DNA of 64,000 nucleotides, taken from assembly GCF_000142905.1 (NCBI RefSeq), contig NW_013657645.1, positions 124,001 through 188,000 of the forward strand, given 5' to 3'. The notes below the pieces were generated by a model. The model was not told where the DNA came from, made no database searches, and saw only the letters and a program-made list of their open reading frames with translations. Of this stretch, positions 20,139-32,700 are shown one piece after another. The stretch comes from Thecamonas trahens ATCC 50062. Taxonomy: Eukaryota; Protista; Apusomonadida. Both the position numbers and the translations under genes were made by a program. Within the stretch, counting starts at the first letter, position 1. Each line of letters starts with the position of its first letter.

Positions 20139-23100
20139 TCACACCACGTCACACGCATCAAGCGCCGCCATCACCTCGGGATTGGTAAACGCCGACATCT
20201 CAAACAGCTCCCACACAAACCGCCGCGCCGGATACCGGAACTTGTAGCTGTGGAGAACGGAGAGGACCGTGATGACCAGGTTCGGCTCGTTGAAGAGGAA
20301 CGCCGTCTCCTCCGACCGCTTGAGCGTCTTGAGCTCGCGCGACGCCGAGTCGGCCGTGATGTGATTCGAGAGCTTGCCGACCGCATCGATGATCTTGCGG
20401 GGAATGGTGACAGCCAGCTCAAACTCGGCCTCGTCGTCGCCCGGCCGGGGCGTCGCCGTCGGCGCGTCGCGGTCATCATCCGGATCGAGCTGCTTGCTCG
20501 GATCGTTCTCGGCAGACTCGGCCCAGAGCCCGCAGTACGTCGACGGCACAATCGAGAGAAACGCTTCAGGCTCGCGCGGGACGCAGATGCCCTTGGTCCC
20601 GTTTGCCTCCCACCCAAACAGCGCCAGCTCGCTAGCCGCAGCCTCAGACATAGAGACCAGACCGAGCACAAAGTACGCCGTGCCCTTGAGCGAGAGCCGG
20701 TCCGAGCCCTCGGCGAGGCCCACCACCTGGTCGATGAGTGAGCCCGAGCCCGGCCCGAGCCCGGCGCCATCGCTGCCCTTGGCCCGGCCGCCACCCCTGT
20801 CCGCGTCAGGTACTCGGCGAGGAAGGCGTAGCCCGAGTCGGACGCCGCAATGTGCCCGAGTGCCCACAGCGCCGACTTGCGGTACACAATGTGCGTCTCA
20901 TCCGATGCCAGGTGCGCAAGGAACTCGTTGATATGGCCCGACTCGGCGAGCAGTGCCACGCCCCGACTTGTCTTGGCCAGCTCGCCGTAAAAGTGCGGCC
21001 GGAGCACTGTCGTTGTGCCCTCGTCGTTCGAGCCCGAGCCCGAACGGCCCTTGCTCCCGCCCGAGCCCGACGGACCCGAGCCCGAGCCCGCAGTAGAGCC
21101 AAAGAGGAACTTCTGCAGCGACTTGGCGAGCGCGACCTCGAGCGAGTTGACGTACTCGAGGTTGCCCTTGGCGTGCCAGTGCGCCATTTCGCTCTCGATC
21201 CACGCGTGCTCAGTGAGGTAGCCAAAACCGGCTGGCGACGAGAGGAACCGCAGCAGGATGTCCTTGCCCTTGCCCTCAAGCGTGGCAAGGAGAGGCCGCT
21301 TGGAAATGAGCGTCGCGAGCGTGTCCGCGTCTTCGCACGACTCGACCAGGATCTTGAGCGCCGTAGCTGAAATGTCCTTGTCCGAGTCGTTGAGCTGTGT
21401 CACCAACAGGTCTGTGCCCCAGTTGGGAAAGTCAGACACGCCCGCCCGGAGCAGCACACGCATGTGCCGTGTCGCAATGTACCGGATGTTGCGGTTCTTG
21501 CACGTCATGGCCTTGGCGAGGAGCACCCGCGGGTGCCCGTTGAGGTTGTAATCGAGCGACGTCACAATGAGCTTGGCAAGGTCTTCCCGCCCGCGCGCCC
21601 CGTCCGTCAGCGGATACAGCACGTTGAACAGCTCCTTCTGCTCCAGCAAGTCCTGCCCGCGCTTTGTCGATGACAGCACTCCCAGCATCGTAAAGTACTC
21701 GCGCGTCATCGTCCGCGTCAGCCGGTTCTTCTCCAGAAACCGGTCCGAGAGCGTCACCCCTGGCCCAGGCTCAAACGAGCTCCCGCCACCACCACCACCT
21801 CCGCCGCTGCTGCCGCTTCCATCGCCCGCCCCCGTCCCTGTCCCTGCACCCTGCGCTACCTCGGCCCGGCAAAACTCGGCAATCTGATCGAGCAGCTCGT
21901 TCTCTGCCAGGTATCGCGCACCTTCGTCAGACGCCATCAGCGCGTCGAGCAACGAGCACGCTGTCCGGATGTACCGCAGGTTCTTGTGCTTGTTCCGCTT
22001 GTCAATCCGCATGTCCGAGAACTGGTGGTTCGACGGCCGGAGGAACGAGAGAATGCGCTTTGCAAACTTGGTCCGCGTGATGCACTCTTCCATCCGCCGC
22101 ACATCCGACAGAGGACCCTCGATGACTTCGGCGATGACGTCCCAGTGCCACTTGGTAAAGTCCTTGGTGCCAAAGATCTGCGTCGACTTGAGGAGCGCGT
22201 CAAACGACTTGTCGTCCATCGACGCCTCCAGCTTGACCTTGAGGTTCTTGATGTGGTCGTTGAAAGATGACGCGCCGGTCGAGTCCGTCCCCTCCCGCCG
22301 CCGCGTCTTGTACGTGTTGAGCAGGAGGAGCTGCATGTGAAAGTCGGTGTACTCGGACGCCAGCTTGCGGACTCGCGCAAACTCGTGCAGGCTGGACAGC
22401 AGCGTGTTGGCCCGCGACCGCTCAAACGGATCGTCCTGGTTGCGGAACTCGGCCGCAGTCGCCACCAGCGACGGCAGCGTCTGCAGCTGCGCACACTGCC
22501 CATGCGGCAGGATCTTGTTCGCCATGTGCAGCAGCTCGCCGAGCAAAATCGTCACCTGCACCGCCAGCTCGCGGTCGTCGCAGATGCCCAGCGAGACCAG
22601 CGCTTCCACAAGGCCGGCAGACACAAAGCCCACCAGAAGAGCCGCCATGTACGCGTCTGAGAGCGAGAACCGTTCGTGGACTCGCGAGAGCTCCGTCACC
22701 TTGTGCACCAGCGACGCAGAGTGCGCCTTGAGCGCCGCAGGGAACGAGCTCGTCCGCGGCGGCTTGCGGAGCCGGAAAATCCGGAACAGAAGGTCAAGCA
22801 CAGAGTACCGAATCGACTCGTCCTCTAGGCACAGCGCCGAGACAACCGACGAGAGCCCCACGTGCTGCAGCGACGAGAGCCCGATGAGCCCCGGCCACGA
22901 CCGGAGCATCGCTAGCAGCGCACGCACCGTCGCCGCACGCTTGCGCACCACGTCCGGGTCGTGCGCCGTGTACGTATCCGTCAGCGGCGACAGCACTGTC
23001 CCCATGTCGATGTGGTGGAGCACGTACTGCCGCGCCTCCGGCCCGTTGAGCAAGTACATCAGCGTCAGCGTCAGCGGCTCCACAATGTCCTCAAACTTCT

Positions 23101-23868
23101 TGACGTGGATCGCCTCGATGAGGGTCTTGATCCCGCCCGCAAGTGCAACCACCCGCGCATTGCGCACCACAAGCTCGCAGAGCGACTCGAGGCACACCCG
23201 GCAGAACGCGTCCTCAACATGCGTCGCAATCGCCACAAGGCTCACCGCCAGCGACCGCGGAAACGCCTCTGGGTGCACCTCAATCAGCTTGCGCACAAGT
23301 TTCATCGCCTGCATCCGCTCCATCTCGTGCTTGGCGTCCTTTTCCAGCGAGAGGCCCACAAACACGTGTATCTTGGCTGCCAGCATCGCCTCAATCACCT
23401 CCTTGTCGCGTGCAAAGTACCGCAGCGTCCGCAGCGTCGCCGCCCGAATCGCTTTCACCGGATCCACACACAGCGGCCGCAGCACCATCACAAACGCCTG
23501 CGGCGCAACATGCTCCGAAAGCGCTTTGGTCAGCTTTCCCGAGTGCAGCCCGCACAGCGCGTCCAGCAGAGCCAACTTGGTCCGCGGCGGCACTGCCGAC
23601 GCCTGGCCTAGTTTTCCATCACATGGCTCAACGTCTCGTCCACCGACATGCTCCCAAAGTCTACAGCCAATCCCCGATCCGATCCCCCCCACCCCCGTAG
23701 TCGTCCGGTGCCGACCCCGTTTGCCAGCCGCCAACCGTCCGCCGCCAGCCAGCCGCCAGCCGCGTCCGCCCCAAACCAACGCGTTTCAACACACAATGAG
23801 TGCAGAGACGACATACCATTATACTTGGTGTTCCAGCACATGGTTATGTGAAGAGAAAGAGAGGGGAA

Positions 23869-23919
<51 letters not shown>

Positions 23920-24176
23920 GCCCTTCCGGCTTGTGGCCTGTGTGGCTTCTTGGCGTGGCAAGAAAAACGACTATGGAGGGGTATTGATCATAGGCAACAA
24001 CATGTAGGTCATAAACCCCCGGCGAGTGGAAGGGATACAGACATAGTTGCAACTGCGTGACACATATATATAATGTAGGTAGCATGTAAAATGATGGGAC
24101 AGAGTATGTGCGTGGGGAATAGCAATGGCAGAGGCTGCCGTACAGCCTCGCATGGTCACGTACCTGGGGACGGCAT
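20139..24176 (-). CDS. RICTOR: RICTOR/Avo3 TORC2 subunit (exon 24176-24164, intron 24163-23661; frameshifts near 23610 and 20808)
   Basis: IRAATLRTLRY, ERMQAMKLVRK, TKDFTKWHWDVI, PHFYGELAKT..G, KSALWALGHIAAS, SLKGTAYFVLGLVS are RICTOR-type motifs. Confidence 0.9.
23871..23910. repeat. (GT)n microsatellite in RICTOR intron
   Basis: Uninterrupted GT dinucleotide run. Confidence 0.95.
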
Positions 24177-24307
24177 GGTGGCGGCGACGAGTGTTCAGCC
24201 GAACGAACTGCTCGTACCCAGTTCGCCCACTTCCCCCCTCCGTCGCACCCACTCTTCGGCTTCATGTCGTCGCTGGGCATGGGTACATTCATGTGTGTAG
24301 TGTCTCG

Positions 24308-25194
24308 TCAACAAGTTTCCCGAGGACGGCTCTTGCCCTTGCTCCGATCCCGAGTGCTGGCCTCTTTGGTGAGCTCGACAAGCTCGATGTCGAACGCCAG
24401 CTCGGTGTCGGGTGGAACGCCGAGCGAGGGAGAGCCGTGCTCGCCGTAGGCATACGCCGGTGGAACCACAAGCCGCCGGTTCTCGCCAACAGTCATACCT
24501 CGAACACCAAGGTCCCAGCCTTTGACGGCACCCTGCCGTGCACCGATGACCACCTCGACCTCCTGCCGCGGCATGAAGATCTCCAGATCCAGCGACTGGT
24601 CCAGCGGCGTCGAGAGCTGCGAGAGCGGGACAGGGCCGAGGTAGCCGGCTACAGCAGCCTCGCCGAGTCGCCGACCTTGGCCACAGACTGGCTCTTCCGC
24701 GCCGTGGCTGCATCACGCGCCTGGATCACCTTAACGTGCTCCACATCCGCCTCGTGCACCAGCCGCCACCATCGCCCGGCACTCGCGCCCCCGCTGCCCA
24801 CTCCAGACACATCCGCTGTCTTTTGCCGCCCAGCTGGCACCAACCGCGAGCTCTTCCACTCCCACCACCGATCAGCACCAGCATCATCCCCACTGCGATC
24901 ATCTGCCGGCACAGCGTCGACTGCGCTAGCCCGCAATCTGCGACCACCCATCAAAGCCTTGCCAGGGCTCAGTCTCTGGCGTCTCGCCCCCCCTTGCCCT
25001 CCCTGCGAACCCTGCGAAACCTGCAAACCCTGCGGACCTTGCGGACCTTGCGGACCCTGCGACTTGGCCCTCTGCCGCTCCCTCCGTCGGCGCCACTTGC
25101 GACCGCCGGTGCCGTAGGCTCTGCCCGCCATGACCAGCCACTTACCAGCACGACCAGCACCCGTACCCACCACCATGGACCGAGCAGCCCACAT
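24308..25194 (-). CDS. FKBP-type peptidyl-prolyl isomerase with N-terminal extension (frameshift near 24650)
   Basis: AKVGDSARLL(Y)AGYL..AVKGWDLGVRGMTVGENRRLVVPPAYAYG..VPPDTELAFDIELV. The Arg-rich N-terminus may be a mitochondrial presequence. Confidence 0.82.
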
Positions 25195-25442
25195 TCTCCC
25201 TCTGTCCGCAACCCACAACAGCCAAGAAGAGTGCTGTTGTTGGCAGTCCCACGGCTTCTCGGCCTCGGCCTCTCCCTCGCTTTACCGGTCTGCCAAACCA
25301 CGACCTTTTTGCCTTAGGCAAGTCGCACTCGTCTGCCAACTCCGCGCCACCCGTCCTCCCCCGCCCTCCTCCCTCCCTTCCTCACCTTCCTTCACCTCAC
25401 TATCCTCACCTCACCCAGAGGGAGGGTGTAGGGGTGTTTAGT

Positions 25443-26998
25443 ATGGGTCGTCGTCGACAAACACTCTCGCTTGTTCCCTCGTCGTCGGCTGCCGCCGGTC
25501 GGCTGGGTCGTGCTACCCCGTCACCCCTCACGGCCGGAGGAGGAGGAGGTGGTGGTGGTCATCCCTCACCGTCACACTCTGCTCATGGCTTAGCACGCTC
25601 GCACACTCTCACCCCACGCACTACCATCTCTCCACACTCGGCTCATACTCCGCTTTCGGCCGTCTCTATCTCACTCATCTCATCAAGCGATGACGATGNN
25701 NNNNNNNNNNNNNNNNNNNNNNNNNNNNNNNNNNNNNNNNNNNNNNNNNNNNNNNNNNNNNNNNNNNNNNNNNNNNNNNNNNNNNNNNNNNNNNNNNNCT
25801 TTTCTCCGCCCATCCCGCCCCCCCCCCCCCCTCTTCGCGGCCTTGTTTATAGCCGCATATTTTTCGTCCTTGCACTCCTTTCCCCCAACCCGTCCGCCCC
25901 TGGCCGGACTCACTGTGCTCATCCTCGTCCTTGCGCTTCATCAGGTCTACGTCTGAAGGCGCGGCGCGGCGCAAGACCAAGTACGAATCGCTGACCAAGC
26001 ACGCTCGTGAGCTGCAGTCGCAGCTGGCGTCGCAGAGTCTTGGGCCGATCGCGCTGCAAAACCTCGGGTTTGCCACCTCGCTCCCGCCGCCGCCTACCCA
26101 ACTGCTTCCGCTGACGCGCATGCCGCAGACCGAAGACGCAGTGCGTGGCATTGCGCCGCTGGCTGAGACTGGACCTGGGCAGAGCGAGATCTCGGCCAAG
26201 GAGCTGCAGGATGAGATGGCCAAGCTGCAAATGATGCAAAAGATGTTCACGTGCCAGTACCGGCAGCGCGTGCTCCTTGACTCGCAGATGATGCTGGAGC
26301 TCGGCCGTCCGCAGTCCCACCTTGCGCAGCTCGCGCCGCCGCCGCTGCCGATCTCACTCACCGCTGTCCCGCCGCAGTTTATGTCGGGCCCATGCACGCT
26401 GACTCCAGTTCAAAAGGCGGCCATGCTCAAGCATCTGCAGGCGCTGCAGGCGCAGCAGAACTCGGAGATGGAGCGCGAACTGGTGCACATGTATGAGATG
26501 CGCACGGCACACCTGGAGAAGCATGTGCAGATGCGCGAGCAGATGCGCGAGCTCGGGATCAGCAACGTCGCCGCTGAGCAATTGAGCACACCGACGCCGA
26601 TGTCTTTTGACTCACCGGCCCCGTCCGGCAGCAATCCTTTCGCTATTACATCATCGACGCCCACCAATGCGGCCGCCGAAGCTGCTGCGCCCGGCGACGA
26701 TATCCCCGCCAGCAGGGGCGCCACCACTTCGGGATCGCCCATGGCCGTCTCGGCCGTCGCTTCGCCGTCGCTGTCGTCACTACCGTCGCTTGACACGTGG
26801 AACGAGTCGTCACTCCGCTCGCTGCCCACGCCTGGCGTCAACGGCGACGTCTCTGCCCACAGCTTTGCTTCGTTGGACAGCTCGGGTCTATTTGCGCCGT
26901 CCGGAGCAGCCGCAATGGACCTTGGAGGCTCCAGCGCTGTTGCAGACGCATACCTCAACATCCTGCAGGGCACCTCGAACAGGGCCGAGAATTGGTGA
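25443..26998 (+). CDS. hypothetical Q/M-rich coiled-coil protein, possible transcription regulator; interrupted by N-gap
   Basis: Long ORF 25931-26998 (AARRKTKYESLTKHARELQSQL basic/coil segment). The 5' part is uncertain. Confidence 0.5.
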
Positions 26999-27069
26999 GT
27001 AAAGTCACACGCTCAGCCAGCTGCGCAGCTCCTTTACTCATCGTAGCCCAGCGACGCTCACTTGCGCGG

Positions 27070-27990
27070 CTACAGAATGGTGCACGAGCACTTGTTGAGC
27101 TTTTTGCTCTGTTTGGCAAATGTCCGCGACGTCGCGGACAGATCTGAGCACACGTCACAAGTGAGTAGATGGAAGATACGCCTCCAGCCTCCCTCCCGTT
27201 TTCTCTCTCCATCTCCCTCCTCCCTCCCCCTCCACACAAACTGCACGTACCGGATGAGCGCTGGACAAGCTCCTCGATGCGCTCGCCGCGCTCGAGCAGC
27301 TTGTCGATGGCGACGAGCATGTTCTCTTGTGTCTCGTCCAGATCCGACTGGATGCGTGTGATGTCATCGGCGTCGGCCGGATTGTCGAAGAGGGCGAGCT
27401 GGTCAGCCAGGGCGGGGATCTCCAGCGCCTGGTCGGTGGCCACGTCCTCCCACTCGGGCAGGGCCTCCTCCACCTCGCTCAGAGCCTTCTCGATCAGATT
27501 GAAGGCGACCCGCCCGGGATAGTTGACATCTGTGATGACCGCCGCGGCCAGACCATCCGGGCGAACTCGGGCGTGGACTACGACCGAGTTTTCGAACGCA
27601 GCTTCGTTCTCCTGCAGCACACTCTGCCGATTGCCAGCCTGCGTCCGCGAGACCACCGTCCGCGACCCGAACCGCAGGAACTCCTTGACCGTCCCACGCG
27701 TCCAGAACGAGAACCTGTGCCCTCCCCACACGGTAAGCAGAGTCTGTACCCCTCCCTCCCCCCTCCCCCCCTCCCCTGTCCCTGTCCCCTCCCCTCCCTC
27801 CCTCCCTCCCCCTCCCTTCCTTCTCCTCCCTCCCACCCCGCCCTGGAACACAGCCTCCATAGCCAGGCTCCCTCCCCCCCCCTTGCCAGGAACACGACAC
27901 ATACGAAGACACGTTATGGTTCTGTGTAATGATGTATGGCTCCACCTTGAAGCCCATGTGCTTGAACGTCATGATCGAGTACAGCGGCAT
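27070..27990 (-). CDS. YKT6: R-SNARE YKT6 (exons 27990-27905, 27714-27251, 27143-27070)
   Basis: MPLYSI..NVS|SFSFWTRGTVKEF longin domain, YPGRVAF, IQSDLDET..LLERGERIEELVQRSS|DLSATSRTFAKQSKKLNKCSCTIL CAAX end. Confidence 0.95.
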
Positions 27991-28104
27991 GCTGGGCCCC
28001 GTGCAAGAGTATGACAGAGAGCGGTGGGGCGAAGCAATGGAACGGTGTCGGCTGGGGCGAGAGCCACGAGCCGCTCGGGATGATGGTCACGAATGCGATT
28101 CGCC

Positions 28105-28830
28105 ATCACAGCCATGATACCACGGCCATGATCACGATGAGAATCACAGCCATGATACCACGACCATGATCAAGATGAAAATCACAGCAATGACACCACG
28201 GCCATGATCACGATGACAATCACAGCCATGATACCACGGCCATAGATACCACGATCACAACCATGACCACAATCACAGCCATGATACCACAATCACAACC
28301 ATGACCACAATCACAGCCATGATACCACACAGCCATGATACCACAATCACAACCATGATACCACAATCACAACCATGATACCACGATCACAACCATGACC
28401 ACAATCACAGCCATGATGCCACAATCACAACCATGACCACAATCACAGCCATGATACCACAATCACAACCATGATACCACAATCACAGCCATGATACCAC
28501 AATCACAACCATGACCACAATCACAGCCATGATACCACAATCACAACCATGACCACAATCACAGCCATGATACCACAATCACAACCATGACCACAATCAC
28601 AACCATGATACCACAATCACAACCATGATACCACAATCACAGCCATGATGCCACAATCACAACCATGACCACAATCACAGCCATGATACCACAATCACAA
28701 CCATGACCACAATCACAGCCATGATACCACAATCACAACCATGACCACAATCACAGCCATGATACCACAATCACAACCATGACCACAATCACAGCCATGA
28801 TACCACAATCACAACCATGACCACGCCACC
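28105..28830. repeat. minisatellite of 18/20-nt units CACAATCACA(A/G)CCATGA(TA)C
   Basis: About 700 nt of alternating 18- and 20-nt units, degenerate at the left edge. Confidence 0.95.
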
Positions 28831-28918
28831 ACCACAATCGCGATCACGATCACGATCACGATCACGATCACCGCCACCGCCACCCCCCCCACCCCCCCAC
28901 CCCTCTCCCACACTCACC

Positions 28919-29746
28919 ATGGCCACCCGCCGCCTCGCTATCGTCACTGGCTCCAACCAGGGCATCGGGCTCGAGGCAGTCAAGCAGCTCGCGGCAGCCG
29001 GCCTCGACGTCATCCTCACCTCGCGGTCGGAGGAGAAGGGCCGGGCGGCGGCGGAGGAAGCTTCTGCGGCGGCGTGTTCGGCCGACGCTCCCGGCAGCAT
29101 CACCGCGCTGCAGCTGGACATTACCGACACCTCGTCGGTGGCGGCCTTTACCGCGGCGGTGGAGCAGCTCGGCCGGCCGGTCGACGTGCTGGTCAACAAC
29201 GCGGGGATGGCCTACAAGGGCGATGCCTTTGGCCCCGACGAAGCCGCCGCTACCCTCGCCGTCAACCTGTACGGGACCAAGGCGCTGACCGACGCCGTCC
29301 GCCCGCTGCTCGCGCCGGCCTCGGCACGCATCATCAACGTCGCCTCGCGAGCCGGTCGCATCTCGCAGACCTCGGGTGACGTCCGCGCTACCCTCGAGGC
29401 CGACGATCTGACATGGGACGCCCTCCACGCCCTCGCCCAGGGCTTTGTCACCGCCATCGCCACCGGCAACCACAAGGAGCTCGGCTACTCGGGCTCCATG
29501 TACGGTATGTCCAAGGCCTGCGAGATCGCCTACTCTCGCATCCTCGCTCGCGAGCTCGACGGCAACGTCACCGTCGTCTGGATGTGCCCGGGCTACTGCT
29601 CCACCTCGATGTCCTCGTACCGCGGGACAAAGTCGGCAGCCGAAGGCGCAGACACCATCACCTGGCTTGCCACCGTCGACCCGGCGCCGGCCTCGGCCAC
29701 TTTCTACGCCGAGCGCACCGCCATCACCTGGGATACCAAGTTGTAG
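28919..29746 (+). CDS. carbonyl reductase-like short-chain dehydrogenase/reductase
   Basis: IVTGSNQGIG, LQLDI, DVLVNNAG, RIINVAS, YGMSK, CPGYC.T.M. Confidence 0.92.
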   Translation: MATRRLAIVTGSNQGIGLEAVKQLAAAGLDVILTSRSEEKGRAAAEEASAAACSADAPGSITALQLDITDTSSVAAFTAAVEQLGRPVDVLVNNAGMAYKGDAFGPDEAAATLAVNLYGTKALTDAVRPLLAPASARIINVASRAGRISQTSGDVRATLEADDLTWDALHALAQGFVTAIATGNHKELGYSGSMYGMSKACEIAYSRILARELDGNVTVVWMCPGYCSTSMSSYRGTKSAAEGADTITWLATVDPAPASATFYAERTAITWDTKL

Positions 29747-29794
29747 CCGTACCACATCCACAGCTAATGCCTTTTACACTACACGCATTCCGAG

Positions 29795-32700
29795 CTACAC
29801 CGAGTCCATCCACTGGCGCAGGACGCCGGCAACCACGTCCGGCAGGCCCGCAATATCGCGGAGGACAACGTAGTACTCAAAGGGGAAGCCGTCAAGAGCA
29901 GGCTCGACCTTGAGCTGTCCGTTGACGTAGCTGACCGACGAGCGCTTGAGGATCGACTTGTCGTCGTCGGCCGAGTCGATGATGATAAAGACAAGGACCA
30001 TGTTGCGCGACGCCGCGTCGAGCACGTACCGCTTGACGGCCTCGCGGTTGGGAATGACGCCGTCCGAGACCACAAACATGAGCTGGACGTGCTCCGGCCC
30101 ACGCGCAGACAGCCGCGCCTCCTCCAGCAGCCGCAGGCTCGTCTCCATCAGCGCGTCGTACTTGGTCGACGTTTGGCCAAACGAGAACGCCGAGCACACC
30201 CGCCCGCCGGCCGCCGCGTTGAACGGCGTACCGAGTGCGTGCAGCTCGCGCACCTGCTCGCCAAACGACACAATGCCCAGCTCGCCAACCTCGAGCTTGG
30301 TCAGCGCCTGCGCCATCATCGTCATCGCCGCCAGCGCCGTCGACCCGGCGCCCTGCTCAGACATCGACTCCGAGTCGTCGATCGCCAGCAGGACCTGGTA
30401 CATCCGCTTCGACGGCTTGGTCCGCCGCAGCCAGATCTTGTCGCGCTTAAACTGCGAGGCAATGTACGGGATGACCTTGCGCATGTTGATCCGCTTGCCG
30501 GTCCGGTAGTCGCCGCGGAGCGCAGACGCAAGCTTTGGCTCGAGCACAAGCCGCAGCTGCTCGCAGAGCGACGCCGACAGGTCCGCCGTCGCCGCCACGT
30601 TGGCCGCCCACAGCTGCGACCCGAGCGCTTCGGCCTCGAGATTCATCGGCACCGCCTCCTCACCCTGCAGAAGCTCGGCGGCCTCAACCTCGTCGTCCTC
30701 GACCGCGTCGCCGGGACCAGCCACTGGCTCATCGACCACTGCACCCGGGTTGTGGACCCAGTCCATGACCTTGGGCCCTCCCTCGGCGCCGTCGCGTCCG
30801 CCGTCTTTCCCGGCGCCGTCTTCGGTTCCGGCCTCCTCGTCGTCGTCAGATCCAGAGCTGGAGCCACCAGCACCGCCGGCTCCGTCGTCCTCGGGTTCGG
30901 CAGTCTTCTTGCCTGTCAGCAGCTCACGGAGCTTGTCCATGTTCGACGGCAGCGCCTTGTTCGGCTTCTCAGCTTCGCGCTCGTTGCTCTCGGACGCCTT
31001 GGGCGGCGGCGGCGGGCCACTCGCCTCGCCAGCCTCGCCGTCATCGTCGTCGTCGAGCCCACCCTGGGCATCGTCGCTCTTCTTCTCACCACCGTCCTCC
31101 TCCTCCCCGAGCTCCATGGCCTGGACGCCATCGTCGTCGTCGTCGGCCTCGGCCTCTGGATGCGCCTCGCGGTCCTCCTGGGCCTTCTCCTGCTGGGCCT
31201 CGACCTGCTCGTCGAGCGCGGCAGCCATGACCTGGTCATCGGCAGGCGCGTCATCGTCGTGGACAAACTCAAACTCCTGGTCTGCCGCCCAATCGCGCTT
31301 CTCGCCGCCGGTCTCCTCGGCCTCACGCTCGTCGACGTCCTCCTTCTGCTGCGGCTTGTCAAAGTCGCCGTCGTCAATCATCCGCGCCCGCTCCATCCAC
31401 TCCTGCAGTGCGTCGCCGAGCGACCGGAACGGGTTCGACTCGGACCCGCGGGTCTCGTTGCTCGCTTCGGTCTCCTGCGACTCGTCAGCCTGCGCCCCGG
31501 CGTGGGTCTCCTGCGCCAGCGCCTCTTGCTCCTGCGTCCGCGCTCCGGCAGTCGTCCCCACGTCGTCCACCTGGTCCTGCTCGTCCTCGCCGCCAGCCGG
31601 CTCCTGCTCCATCACCGTGTTGTGCTCGCCGGTGTCGACCGTCGGCACCGCCGCGTCGAGCGCCTCGAGCTCCTTAGTTGACTCGTGCCGAGCCTCGTCG
31701 TCCTCCTCGTCACCGGCGTCGTCCTCCTCCTCGCCACCGGCGTCGTCCTCCTCCTCGCCGAGGTGGCCTTCATCGAGCCCGTCGTTGCCGGTCTCGTTCT
31801 GCTCGAGATCGTCGCCTTCGAGCTCCATCTCTTTGAGCTCGTCCTCGCCGCCGTCGTCGTCGCCCTCGCGCTCTCCGGCCTCGTCCTCAGCCTCAGCCTC
31901 GTCTTCAGCCTCGGCCTCGTCGCCGCTACCGGCGGCCTCGTCGTTCTCCTCCTCCTCGCCACCCTCGACATCCTTGTCGGCAAGCGCATCCACAAACTCT
32001 TCGTTGTCCTCCTCCTCGCCGCCCGACTCCTCCTCCTCGGGCCCGCGATCGTCGTCCTCCAGCTTAAAGTTGTCCATGTCGAGCTCCAGGTTGCCGCCTT
32101 CGTTATCCTCCGGCATCTCATTGGGCGCACCGAGCTCACCGAGCTCACCGTCGTCATCTTCGTCCTCGGCCTCGCCAGACTCGGAGCCATCATCGCCAGA
32201 CTCGTCGTCCTTGCCCTTCTCCTGCGGCTGCTCCTCGTCTTCGGGCTTGGACTCGTCCTCGCCATAGCTGTCCTTCTCCACAGCCTCGAGCTCCATCTCC
32301 TGGACCTTGGACGCGTCGAGCTTCTGCTCGTCGTCGACGCCCTCAACATCGTCGAGCTCGTCCTTCTCGTTGACGTCGTCGTCCGAGTCCCACATCCGCT
32401 CGTCGACAAGATCCTCATTCTCGTTGTTCTCGCCCATCTGCTCGTCCATCTGCTGCGGCTCGCGCTCATCCTGCGCGTCGTCCTCGTTGGCTTGGTCCTT
32501 AGGCACGTCCATGAGCTCGCCCTCAAAGTCGTTCTCCATCTCCTTGCCGCTCTCCGGCTCGCCGACTTCGCGGTCTTCCTCCTGGTCCTGCGGCGGCGGC
32601 GGGGCATCGTCCTCGAGTCCGAGCAACTGCTCCTCGTCCTCGATTTGGTCCGACACGTCGTTCTTGCCCTCGCCCTCGCCCATTCCAGTCCCGTCCTCCC

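Noticed and set aside
28105-28830. CRISPR-like array
   Set aside because: Units are contiguous with no unique spacers, there are no cas genes, and the context is eukaryotic.
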